From Candidatus Arthromitus sp. SFB-mouse-Japan (GTDB lineage Bacteria; Bacillota; Clostridia; Clostridiales; Clostridiaceae): 32,000 nt of DNA. The first letter of the stretch is position 1. Each line of letters begins with the position of its first letter. This document shows positions 17,071-25,348 of the stretch, in pieces. The position numbers were made by a program, and so were the translations under genes. Location of the stretch: NCBI RefSeq assembly GCF_000270205.1, contig NC_015913.1:360001-392000 (forward strand), written 5' to 3'. The notes below the pieces were generated by a model. It searched no databases, was not told where the DNA came from, and saw only the letters and a list, made by a program, of their open reading frames with translations.

Positions 17071-18468
17071 ATGGGCGATAAAACATTATCAAAGATCGCA
17101 TGGGAAAATTATAGTGAAGAAAATTTATTGGAACTTGAGGATCTATGTAGTAAATATAAGGATTTTTTAAGTAAGAATAAAACTGAAAGAGAATGTGTTA
17201 ATTATTTTATTAATGAAGCTGTTAAGCATAATTTTAAAGATTTAAGAGAAGTAATAAAAAATAGGGAAAAACTTAATAAGGGAGATAGAGTTTATTATTC
17301 TAAAATGGATAAAACTCTAATTTTAGCGGTAATTGGTGATGAAAGTTTAGAAAATGGATTTAATATAATAGGTTCACATATTGATGCTCCTAGAATTGAT
17401 ATAAAGCAATCTCCTGTATATGAATCTGATGGATTATGCTATTTTGATACTCACTATTATGGTGGTATAAAGAAATATCATTGGGTTGCACGTCCTATGT
17501 GTTTAAAGGGGGTAGTAATAAAAAGTAATGGAGATAAGGTTGTTATAAATATAGGTGATGATGATAATGATCCATATTTAGGATTTTCAGATTTACTTCC
17601 TCACTTGTGGAAAGATCAAGCTATGAAAAAAGGTGTTGATGTTATTGAGGGAGAACAGTTGAATTTGCTTGTAGGATCTAGGTCATTAGATGGTAAAAAA
17701 GATAAAGTTAAGAAATTAATATTATCAATATTAAGTGAAAAATATGGAATATGTGAGGAGGATTTAATTTCTGCAGAACTTGAGGTTGTGCCAGCTGGCC
17801 CAGCTAAGGATTATGGATTAGATAGAAGTATGATAATTGGATATGGTCAAGATGATAGAGTTTGTGCATTTACTTCATTTATGTCCATGCTTAAAATGGA
17901 TGGTATACCTAAGAGAACAAGTATTTGTATGTTGGTTGATAAAGAGGAGATTGGGAGCACTGGGGCAACTGGGATGGAATCAAAATTATTTGAAAATTTT
18001 TCGGCTGAACTTTTAAATTCTTGTAGAGATAATTATTCAGAGATAGTTTTGAAGAGATCCTTAGATAGATCATATATGTTATCAGCTGATGTAACCTGTG
18101 CATATGATCCGAATTTTCCAAATGAGACTCCTAAGCAAAGCACGGCATTTTTTGGTAAAGGTGTTACGATATCCAAGTATACAGGTTCAAGAGGGAAAAG
18201 CGGATGCAATGATGCAAATCCTGAGTTTTTGGCAAAATTGAGAGATATATTTAATAGAGAAGGTATTTGTTACCAAGTTGGAGAACTTGGTAAGGTTGAT
18301 CAAGGAGGAGGAGGAACAATAGCATATTTTTTGTCTAGGTATGGTATGGAAGTTGTTGATATTGGAGTTCCATTGCAAAATATGCATGCTCCTTTTGAGG
18401 TTTCATCAAAGGCAGATATTTATGAAACATACAAGGCATATGGTACATTTTATAAATATTTAGTTTAA
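17071..18468 (+). CDS. M18-family aminopeptidase
   Basis: The tracked ORF begins at GTG 17062, but the ATG at 17071 lies 10 nt after GGAGG. Motifs GSHIDAPRIDIKQ, GYGQDDRVC, DKEEIGSTGATG and HAPFEVSSK fit the M18 (ApeA-like) metal ligands. Confidence 0.88.
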   Translation: MGDKTLSKIAWENYSEENLLELEDLCSKYKDFLSKNKTERECVNYFINEAVKHNFKDLREVIKNREKLNKGDRVYYSKMDKTLILAVIGDESLENGFNIIGSHIDAPRIDIKQSPVYESDGLCYFDTHYYGGIKKYHWVARPMCLKGVVIKSNGDKVVINIGDDDNDPYLGFSDLLPHLWKDQAMKKGVDVIEGEQLNLLVGSRSLDGKKDKVKKLILSILSEKYGICEEDLISAELEVVPAGPAKDYGLDRSMIIGYGQDDRVCAFTSFMSMLKMDGIPKRTSICMLVDKEEIGSTGATGMESKLFENFSAELLNSCRDNYSEIVLKRSLDRSYMLSADVTCAYDPNFPNETPKQSTAFFGKGVTISKYTGSRGKSGCNDANPEFLAKLRDIFNREGICYQVGELGKVDQGGGGTIAYFLSRYGMEVVDIGVPLQNMHAPFEVSSKADIYETYKAYGTFYKYLV

Positions 18469-18475
18469 TTTTTTA

Positions 18476-18510
18476 AGAGGGTACGCTTTAGGGGTACCCT
18501 CTATTTTGTA
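18476..18510 (+). terminator. Intrinsic terminator
   Basis: GC-rich 9-bp stem agagggtac / gtaccctct, 9-nt loop, followed by attttgtattt. Confidence 0.8.
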
Positions 18511-18544
18511 TTTATATTACTAAATTGTAATAATTATTAAATTC

Positions 18545-18573
18545 TTGAAAACTATTAAGAAATATGGTAAAAT
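18545..18573 (+). promoter_or_regulatory. Sigma-A promoter with extended -10 for the surface-protein gene
   Basis: TTGAAA (18545-18550), a 17-nt spacer ending in TGg, then TAAAAT (18568-18573), about 65 nt upstream of the start at 18639. Confidence 0.6.
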
Positions 18574-18638
18574 GTTAACAATAATAAAACATATTTAAAT
18601 TCATATTAATAAATTGAATAAATTTAGGAGGGGTGTAG

Positions 18639-20939
18639 TTGGCTAGCAATAAAAAATCTAAAAATCTAAGAAAAGGAATTGCAACTACTACAGCTGTAGC
18701 AAGTGTTGTTTTACAGGCAGGAGTAGTTGCAGGTGCTACTGTTTCGTCTGAAAATCAAACAGCTCAGGATCAATTGACTCAAGATCAGACTAATCAAAAT
18801 AAAACAAATGAAGATCAGAATCAAACAACTCAGAATCAATTGACTCAAAATAAAGATGCCCAAACAAGTTCTAATCATCCTGAGGTTCCTTATTTTTATT
18901 ACTGGACTACTGGGGATAAAGTTTATATAAATTGGGATTATGGACATGTAGCTAATAGGCCTAGTAAGATTGAGGCTGTGATAGATAAGGATATTAGTTT
19001 TTTAAATCCAAGTTACATAGAGGTTAAACCTAAAGGGGCAGAATTTACACCTAACATTAAAGGAGAGTTTTATTTAAGAGTAAGATTCTTCGATTCTAAA
19101 GGAAGTGTTACTCATGAGAGTGTTAGGAAAGTTTCTATAAATTCAACTGAAACTAGAGATATAAAAGGTTTAAAATATGAGTTTGTAGGTGCAGGGGTAA
19201 AATTAAGCTGGGCGAATTTTGTTGAAGGTATTAAGACTGTAAAGATATCTGTTGATGGAAAACTTTATAAAGAATTAACAGCATCTGATGTAAAAGATAA
19301 TTCTTATATTGTTGAAAATGTTAAGGATGGATCAGAAATAAAGATTACTATTATAAACGGGACTGGATTGGAGTATAATGGATCTGTTATTGTAAAAGAG
19401 GGTGCTATTCAACAATCATCGCTTATTAAGTTAGGTTTAAGTAAGGACTTAATAGGTATAGAAGTAAATTTATCTAATTCTAATTTTAAAGCTGGAAATG
19501 AATTTTTGGTTAATGTAGCTGAAAAGAGTAGCGGCACATCTATAGTTTCTAATTTTAAAGCCACTCTAAATGAAGATAGGGGTTCATTTACTGTTTATCC
19601 AGATGAAGGAAAATCTTTGTTTAATGGTGAGTATTCTGTTAAGATAACAGACGTTAAAACAGGAACTGTTTATACATATGATTATACTCATGTAGTACAT
19701 AACCTCTCTAATTTTGTATATGCATCTGATAATGGTCAAGTAATGGCTTCATGGGATAGGTTGGAGTCGATGGTATATAGCGATCTTATGTGGAGTACAT
19801 CAGAAGATTTTTCAACTTATAATACTGTAGAACTTGGTGATGGAAAGAGCGGAGTTAAATTTAATACTGACATTAAAAGTGGAAATATTTATTTATTACT
19901 TACAACTTATGATGCTAATAGAAGAGTTCTTTCCCAAAATTACGGTGTTTTAGATATGACTCAAATTAGTTCTGCAATTAATAACTTTAAGGGATATTAT
20001 AAAGCTAATAATACGGCTGAGTTTAGCTGGGATAAGGTAAATGCGAATATACAAAAAGCAATGGTAATGGTTAATGATAATGTATTTGTTTTATCTAGTG
20101 CAGAGTTAGGTATTTTAAACAGTACAAGTACATTGACATTAGGTGGATTTGAAAAAGGAAATAAGTATGACGTGAGTTTGTATTTAATAGATGAAAATAA
20201 TAAGTTATATTCAGCATCTACTTCATCTATAAGTGAAAGTTCAGATTCTCAATCATCTGATGTAACTTTAGTTGCTCCAAGTGGAATTAGTGCTAAATAT
20301 ATATTGAATCCAGGAGTATTAAGTCTCTTATTTGATACTAGCATTTATGATATTTCACAAAATTCTTCTATATCTATAACTGTTGATGGTAAAGAAATAC
20401 CGAGCTTATTACCAGTGTTTGTTAAAGAAACAAATGCTATTAATATAAAAGGGTTAATTCCAGGAAAGACTTATAGCAATATCGTTATTGGTTATATGGA
20501 TAGTAAGGGAGAGGCTAAATCAGTAAAAATAGATTCTCTTTTAATTAATAAGGGAAGTTCATTAGATTCATTCCTTATAAATGCGTATAATAAAGCTTTG
20601 AGTAGGGACACTCAAAATATTGATGAAGAAGGATATAATTACTGGAAGAATGGACTTTTGAGTAAAAATATAAATTTAAGTTATTTCATAAAGAATTTAG
20701 GATATGTTCCTGAGTTTATGAATTTAATAAAATCACCTGATGATTTAATAACAAGACTTTACCACGTTTTAGTTTTAAGAGATCCAGAACCTCAAGGTCT
20801 TCAATTCTGGACAAATGTATATACTGAATTGATTGCAAATGGAGTTTCTCATACAGAATCAGTTATGAAGATTCTTAGTGATATGACAACAAGTAGTGAG
20901 TTTGCTGATCTTTCTGCAAGAATTGGAGTAAATCCATAA
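18639..20939 (+). CDS. Large secreted/surface protein: signal peptide, Q/T/N-rich linker, about six Fn3/Ig-like beta domains, two C-terminal DUF4214 repeats
   Basis: 766 aa. TTG start after AGGAGGGG. Signal peptide KGIATTTAVASVVLQAGVVAGA. Repeated ~85-95-aa modules each carry an F/Y..W(D/A) strand pattern (VYINWDY, VKLSWANF, VMASWDRL, AEFSWDKV). The C-terminus has INAYNKALSRD..EEGYNYWKNGL and ITRLYHVLVLRDPEPQGLQFWTN (DUF4214). No LPXTG, SLH or CWB2-like motif was recognised. Confidence 0.8.
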   Translation: MASNKKSKNLRKGIATTTAVASVVLQAGVVAGATVSSENQTAQDQLTQDQTNQNKTNEDQNQTTQNQLTQNKDAQTSSNHPEVPYFYYWTTGDKVYINWDYGHVANRPSKIEAVIDKDISFLNPSYIEVKPKGAEFTPNIKGEFYLRVRFFDSKGSVTHESVRKVSINSTETRDIKGLKYEFVGAGVKLSWANFVEGIKTVKISVDGKLYKELTASDVKDNSYIVENVKDGSEIKITIINGTGLEYNGSVIVKEGAIQQSSLIKLGLSKDLIGIEVNLSNSNFKAGNEFLVNVAEKSSGTSIVSNFKATLNEDRGSFTVYPDEGKSLFNGEYSVKITDVKTGTVYTYDYTHVVHNLSNFVYASDNGQVMASWDRLESMVYSDLMWSTSEDFSTYNTVELGDGKSGVKFNTDIKSGNIYLLLTTYDANRRVLSQNYGVLDMTQISSAINNFKGYYKANNTAEFSWDKVNANIQKAMVMVNDNVFVLSSAELGILNSTSTLTLGGFEKGNKYDVSLYLIDENNKLYSASTSSISESSDSQSSDVTLVAPSGISAKYILNPGVLSLLFDTSIYDISQNSSISITVDGKEIPSLLPVFVKETNAINIKGLIPGKTYSNIVIGYMDSKGEAKSVKIDSLLINKGSSLDSFLINAYNKALSRDTQNIDEEGYNYWKNGLLSKNINLSYFIKNLGYVPEFMNLIKSPDDLITRLYHVLVLRDPEPQGLQFWTNVYTELIANGVSHTESVMKILSDMTTSSEFADLSARIGVNP
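18763..18851 (+). repeat. Imperfect 23-nt direct repeat (66-nt period) within the Q/T/N-rich linker coding region
   Basis: ctcaggatcaattgactcaagat (18763-18785) versus ctcagaatcaattgactcaaaat (18829-18851), with 2 mismatches. These encode the AQDQLTQD and TQNQLTQN peptide repeats. Confidence 0.7.
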
Positions 20940-20982
20940 GGAAAATTAATTTATTGAATGAAATAGAATATTAATTTATTAT

Positions 20983-21016
20983 AAAGGTAGAGATAATTTC
21001 TCTATCTTTATTTTTT
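20983..21016 (+). terminator. Intrinsic terminator
   Basis: 10-bp stem aaaggtagag / ctctatcttt (one G-U), 7-nt loop, then aTTTTTT. Confidence 0.8.
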
Positions 21017-21042
21017 AAAGGATTTTTAAGGAGTGTGAGTGT

Positions 21043-21798
21043 GTGAGAAAAATATTAGCATCGGATTTAGATGGTACACTTATTTTTAATAGTAAACTTG
21101 ATAATATAAATAGAGAAAGTATATTAAAAATGAAAAAATGTGGACATTTGTTTGGTGTTTCAACGGGAAGGCCATATAATGGGGTTAAATTTCTTTGTGA
21201 TGAGTATAATATAGATCCAGATTTTTATGTTTTATTAAATGGGGCATTAGTTATAAACAAAGAAAATCGTGTGTTGAAGCATGAAGTAATACCTTATGAG
21301 ATAGTAAAAAAAATTTATGATAAATATAAATACTCAAGCTTTATAGGGATTGATAATGGATATGAAAGCATAACCTTAAGAGGTATAAATGAGTATTCTT
21401 GGGATTTTATAAAACAGGGGACAATTAATGATTTAGTGAATAACAAAAATTCTTTAATGTCATTAGATTTTTCGAATGTAGATATTGAGGAAGTTGATCA
21501 AATGTGTAATGATATAAATGATGAATTTGGAGATGTGATTGTTGCATATAGGAATTCATATTTTATAGATATTGTACCTAAGGGATGTTCTAAAGGAAAT
21601 GGAGTTGATTTGATATTAAAAGAATTTGGAGTAAATAGAGAAAATTTATATGTTATTGGTGATTCATATAATGATATTAGTATGTTTAATGAAACAAAAA
21701 ACTCATTTACTTTTCATACAGTTGAGGAAAAATTAAAAGATCATGTGAATTTTATTGTTAATTCAGTTAGTGAGTGCATAGAGAAATATATTTTATGA
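21043..21798 (+). CDS. Cof-type HAD-IIB family hydrolase (sugar phosphatase-like)
   Basis: 251 aa. GTG start 9 nt after AAGGAG. Motif I is LASDLDGTL, motif II is STGRP, and there is a cap region plus GDSYNDISMF (motif IV). Confidence 0.85.
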   Translation: MRKILASDLDGTLIFNSKLDNINRESILKMKKCGHLFGVSTGRPYNGVKFLCDEYNIDPDFYVLLNGALVINKENRVLKHEVIPYEIVKKIYDKYKYSSFIGIDNGYESITLRGINEYSWDFIKQGTINDLVNNKNSLMSLDFSNVDIEEVDQMCNDINDEFGDVIVAYRNSYFIDIVPKGCSKGNGVDLILKEFGVNRENLYVIGDSYNDISMFNETKNSFTFHTVEEKLKDHVNFIVNSVSECIEKYIL

Positions 21799-21927
21799 TT
21801 TATTGTATAAAAGTAAAATTATTATTATTGAAATATTTATGTAATTTAAATATAATAATTATTATTTAAGTATTTCGAATTTATGGATTTAGTATATCGA
21901 TATAATTTATTATTTTAGTTTTTAATA

Positions 21928-21993
21928 TATAGAGTTTTATTTAATAAAATAGTTTGGATATTTTTTATCTATTTTGGGAATAAAAACTCTATA
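21928..21993. repeat. 11-bp perfect inverted repeat separated by 44 nt in the long leader upstream of the man-PTS promoter
   Basis: tatagagtttt (21928-21938) and aaaactctata (21983-21993). Function unknown. Confidence 0.5.
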
Positions 21994-22109
21994 AATATTT
22001 TAAAGTATTTTATTAAAATAAGAATATTTAATTTAAATTTGTGTCCAGTTGATTTACAATATTAATATAAATTAATTGTCTATTTCAACTTAAAATTTTT
22101 CAACCAATA

Positions 22110-22139
22110 TTGCTTTGAGAAAACGTTTTCTAGTATAAT
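22110..22139 (+). promoter_or_regulatory. Candidate sigma-A promoter of the mannose-PTS operon
   Basis: TTGCTT (22110-22115), an 18-nt spacer, then TATAAT (22134-22139), 38 nt upstream of the TTG start at 22177. Confidence 0.55.
22118..22131. promoter_or_regulatory. cre-like perfect palindromic operator (CcpA/LacI-family type) inside the promoter spacer
   Basis: AGAAAACGTTTTCT is a perfect 14-bp palindrome centred on CG. It matches the cre core TGWNANCGNTNWCA at every position except the two outermost bases. Confidence 0.6.
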
Positions 22140-22176
22140 ATTTATAACGTTATGTAAAAATTAAGGGGGAATTAAA

Positions 22177-23148
22177 TTGGTAGGAATTATTCTTGCTAGT
22201 CATGGTAAATTTGCTGATGGTATCTTACAATCTGGATCAATGATTTTTGGTGATCAAGATAATGTAGAATCGGTTATATTGTTACCAAATGAAGGTCCTG
22301 ATGATATAAGACTTAAAATGGAGAATGCCATAGGTCGAATGGATAATAAAGATGAAATATTATTCTTAGTTGATATGTGGGGAGGAACACCATTTAATCA
22401 GGCAAATAAATTAGTTACTGAAAATGGTGGTAAGTGGGCTATAGTTACAGGATTGAACTTACCTATGTTGATCGAAGCATATGCTTCTCGTTTATCGATG
22501 TATACTGCCCATGATATTGCAAAACATATACTCTCTGAATCAAGGAGTGGTATAAAAATTCTTCCAGAGGAGTTGGAGCAGAAAATTGAAAAGAAACAAT
22601 CTTCTACAACAAAAGTAGATGATAGTTTGAATACTGGTAAAAGAATAAGCTATGTTTTAGCTAGGATAGATACAAGGTTGTTACATGGACAAGTTGCTAC
22701 ATCTTGGACTAAGTCAGTTAATCCAACTAGGATTATAGTTGTATCAGATAATGTATCTAAAGATGATTTAAGGAAAAAAATGATTGAACAAGCTGCTCCT
22801 CCTGGGGTTAAGGCTCATGTTGTTCCAATAAGTAAAATGGCTCAAGTAGATAAGGATACTCGATTTGGGAATACTCGTGCTATGCTTTTATTTGAAAGTC
22901 CTGAAGATGCACTTAGAGCAGTTGAAAGTGGAATTGACATAAAAGAAATTAACTTAGGTTCGATTGCACATTCAATAGGTAAAGTTGTTGTAAATAGAGC
23001 AATAGCAATGGGTAAAGATGATGTTAAGGCAATTGAAAAATTGATATCTCTTGGCATAAAGTTCAATGTAAAAAAGGTACCTAGTGATTCAGGAGAGAAT
23101 ATAGATAATCTTTTAAAGAAAGCAAAATCAGAATTATCAAATAATTAG
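22177..23148 (+). CDS. manL: PTS mannose-family EIIAB component
   Basis: 323 aa with an EIIA-Man N-terminus VGIILASHGKFADG (His site), a Ser/Thr/Lys linker, and an EIIB domain ARIDTRLLHGQVAT (His site). TTG start after AAGGGGGA. Confidence 0.93.
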   Translation: MVGIILASHGKFADGILQSGSMIFGDQDNVESVILLPNEGPDDIRLKMENAIGRMDNKDEILFLVDMWGGTPFNQANKLVTENGGKWAIVTGLNLPMLIEAYASRLSMYTAHDIAKHILSESRSGIKILPEELEQKIEKKQSSTTKVDDSLNTGKRISYVLARIDTRLLHGQVATSWTKSVNPTRIIVVSDNVSKDDLRKKMIEQAAPPGVKAHVVPISKMAQVDKDTRFGNTRAMLLFESPEDALRAVESGIDIKEINLGSIAHSIGKVVVNRAIAMGKDDVKAIEKLISLGIKFNVKKVPSDSGENIDNLLKKAKSELSNN

Positions 23149-23163
23149 AGGAGGAAGGATATA

Positions 23164-23976
23164 ATGTCTGCCATTACTATAATTTTAATTATTATAATAG
23201 CACTACTTGCTGGTATGGAGGGTATTCTTGATGAATTTCAGTTTCATCAACCACTTGTAGTTTGTACATTAATAGGTTTAGTAAGTGGTCATTTAACTGA
23301 GGGAATTATATTAGGGGGATCACTTCAAATGATAGCACTTGGATGGGCAAATATTGGGGCTGCTGTAGCACCAGATGCTGCACTTGCATCAGTTGCATCA
23401 TCTATACTTATGGTTTTAGGACTTCAAAATGGATCAGTAGATACTCAAACAGTAATTTCAACATCTATAGCTGTTGCTATACCGTTATCAGTTGCAGGGT
23501 TATTCCTCACAATGCTATGTAGAACTATAACGATTCCAATAGTTCACTTTATGGACAAGGCAGCTGAAAAAGGTAAAATAAAGGTTATAGAAGTTTGGCA
23601 AATTTTATGTATATTTTTACAAGGTATACGTATAGCAATACCAGCAGCAGCACTTTGTATTATTCCAGCATCAGCTGTAACAGATGCTTTAAGCATGATG
23701 CCAGATTGGTTATCAACAGGTATGGCAATTGGTGGAGGTATGGTAGCAGCAGTTGGTTATGCAATGGTAATCAATATGATGTCAACTAAGGAAACTTGGG
23801 CATTCTTTATATTAGGATTTGTACTTGCAGCACTAGGACAATTAACATTAATTGCTTTAGGTGCTATTGGACTTGCGTTAGCAATTATATATTTAACACT
23901 AAAAGAGAATTCAGGAAATGGTAGAGGTGGAACTGGTTCAGGTGATCCACTTGGAGATATTTTAAATGATTATTAG
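23164..23976 (+). CDS. manM: PTS mannose-family EIIC component
   Basis: 270 aa, polytopic and Ala/Gly/Ile-rich, with GLVSGHLTEGIILGGSLQMIALGWANIGAAVAPD typical of ManY/ManM. RBS GAGGAGGAAGG. Confidence 0.93.
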   Translation: MSAITIILIIIIALLAGMEGILDEFQFHQPLVVCTLIGLVSGHLTEGIILGGSLQMIALGWANIGAAVAPDAALASVASSILMVLGLQNGSVDTQTVISTSIAVAIPLSVAGLFLTMLCRTITIPIVHFMDKAAEKGKIKVIEVWQILCIFLQGIRIAIPAAALCIIPASAVTDALSMMPDWLSTGMAIGGGMVAAVGYAMVINMMSTKETWAFFILGFVLAALGQLTLIALGAIGLALAIIYLTLKENSGNGRGGTGSGDPLGDILNDY

Positions 23977-23999
23977 GATTTTAATGGAGGAGATAAGTA

Positions 24000-24917
24000 A
24001 TGCAAGAGAAAATTAAATTATCGAAAAAAGATCGTATAAGTGTTGCTTGGCGTCACCAGTTTCTTCAGGGTTCTTGGAACTATGAGCGTATGCAAAATGG
24101 AGGATGGTGTTATTCAATCATTCCTGCTATAAAGAAACTTTATAAAACTGATGAAGAAAGAGTAGCTGCATTAAAAAGACACTTAGAATTTTATAATACG
24201 CATCCATATGTATCTGCACCAGTTATGGGTGTAACTCTTGCCTTAGAAGAAGAAAGGGCTAATGGGGCAGATGTTAATGATCAGTCTATACAGGGTGTTA
24301 AAATAGGTATGATGGGACCACTTGCAGGTGTTGGTGACCCAATATTCTGGTTTACATTGCGTCCAATACTTGGAGCTTTGGGAGCGTCATTAGCATTAAG
24401 TGGAAATATTATAGGTCCACTAATATTCTTCTTTGTTTGGAATATTATTCGTATGGGATTTTTATGGTATACACAAGAGTTTGGATATAAGGTTGGGAAT
24501 TCAATAGCGAAAGACTTGTCAGGAGGACTTCTTAGAAAGATTACTCAAGGAGCATCTATACTTGGTATGTTTATCATTGGTTCTCTTGTGCAAAGATGGG
24601 TTAGCATTTCTTTTACACCTGTAGTATCTAGAGTTACTCAGCAAGAAGGAGCATATATTGATTGGAGTAAAATACAGTCAGGTGCAGAGGGAATAAAGAG
24701 TGCGCTAGAACAATACAGTGCTTTAGGAGCAAATGGGTTGAATATTGAGAAAGTTACTACACTCCAACAAAACTTAGATCAATTGATACCAGGACTTGCA
24801 GCATTGCTATTAACTCTTTTATGTTGTTTCTTACTTAAAAAGAAAGTTTCTCCTATATTAATAATAATAGCTTTATTCGTAGTAGGTATAGTTGCACATC
24901 TCCTTGGAATTATGTAG
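24000..24917 (+). CDS. manN: PTS mannose-family EIID component
   Basis: 305 aa with WRHQFLQGSWNYERMQNGGWCYS, FYNTHPY and GPLAGVGDPIFW, which are ManZ/ManN signatures. Confidence 0.93.
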   Translation: MQEKIKLSKKDRISVAWRHQFLQGSWNYERMQNGGWCYSIIPAIKKLYKTDEERVAALKRHLEFYNTHPYVSAPVMGVTLALEEERANGADVNDQSIQGVKIGMMGPLAGVGDPIFWFTLRPILGALGASLALSGNIIGPLIFFFVWNIIRMGFLWYTQEFGYKVGNSIAKDLSGGLLRKITQGASILGMFIIGSLVQRWVSISFTPVVSRVTQQEGAYIDWSKIQSGAEGIKSALEQYSALGANGLNIEKVTTLQQNLDQLIPGLAALLLTLLCCFLLKKKVSPILIIIALFVVGIVAHLLGIM

Positions 24918-24947
24918 GATAAATGTAATTTATTTAGGAGAAGATGT

Positions 24948-25322
24948 ATGATTACCTCTTTAAATACAAAAGTAGATTTAGCAATAAAAGGTATATCTTA
25001 TTTAAATGTTCCAAGTTATGGAAATATTATGATAGGAAATAAATCATTTGAGTTTTATAATGAGAGGAATGTTAAAGATAATATACAAATTCCTTGGGAG
25101 GAGATAAGTCATATAGTCGTATCTGTTAAATTTAACGGTAAATGGATACCGAGATTTATGATTGTAACTCATAAAAATGGAACATTTACTTTTTCGTCAA
25201 GGAATAATAAATTGCTTTTAAGAGAAGTTTGTAAGTATGTAGATAAGGACCGTATGTTTAGATCTCTTGGATTTTTTAAATCTATAGTTGGTGGAATACG
25301 GAAGATATTTAATAAAAATTAG
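24948..25322 (+). CDS. manO: DUF956 protein (ManO-like accessory gene of Firmicutes man operons)
   Basis: 124 aa with SLNTKVDL..GISYL....YG.IMIG.K.FEFYNERNV.D.IQIPW.EI. Its position directly after EIID is typical for DUF956. Confidence 0.8.
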   Translation: MITSLNTKVDLAIKGISYLNVPSYGNIMIGNKSFEFYNERNVKDNIQIPWEEISHIVVSVKFNGKWIPRFMIVTHKNGTFTFSSRNNKLLLREVCKYVDKDRMFRSLGFFKSIVGGIRKIFNKN

Positions 25323-25346
25323 GGACTGTATATACAGTCCCTTTTT
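25321..25346. terminator. Bidirectional intrinsic terminator between convergent genes
   Basis: Perfect palindrome agggactgta/tacagtccct followed by TTTT on the + strand, with aattttt on the minus strand. Confidence 0.85.
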
Positions 25347-25348
25347 AA

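Noticed and set aside
21940-22176. Sigma-54 (-24 TGGCA / -12 TTGC) promoter, as found upstream of some Firmicutes man/lev PTS operons.
   Set aside because: No GG-N10-GC element with correct spacing was found, no LevR/ManR-type activator gene is adjacent, and a sigma-A type promoter fits instead.
23595-23789. 64-aa same-strand, alternate-frame ORF inside the EIIC gene.
   Set aside because: It is embedded in the strongly supported manM frame, has a Ser/Tyr/Asn-rich nonsense-like sequence, and has no RBS.
22177-24917. Visibly higher G/C content of the man-PTS genes as a sign of horizontal transfer.
   Set aside because: It is explained by Ala/Gly-rich membrane protein composition and strong conservation. 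The flanking promoters and terminators look native, and no mobility genes are present.
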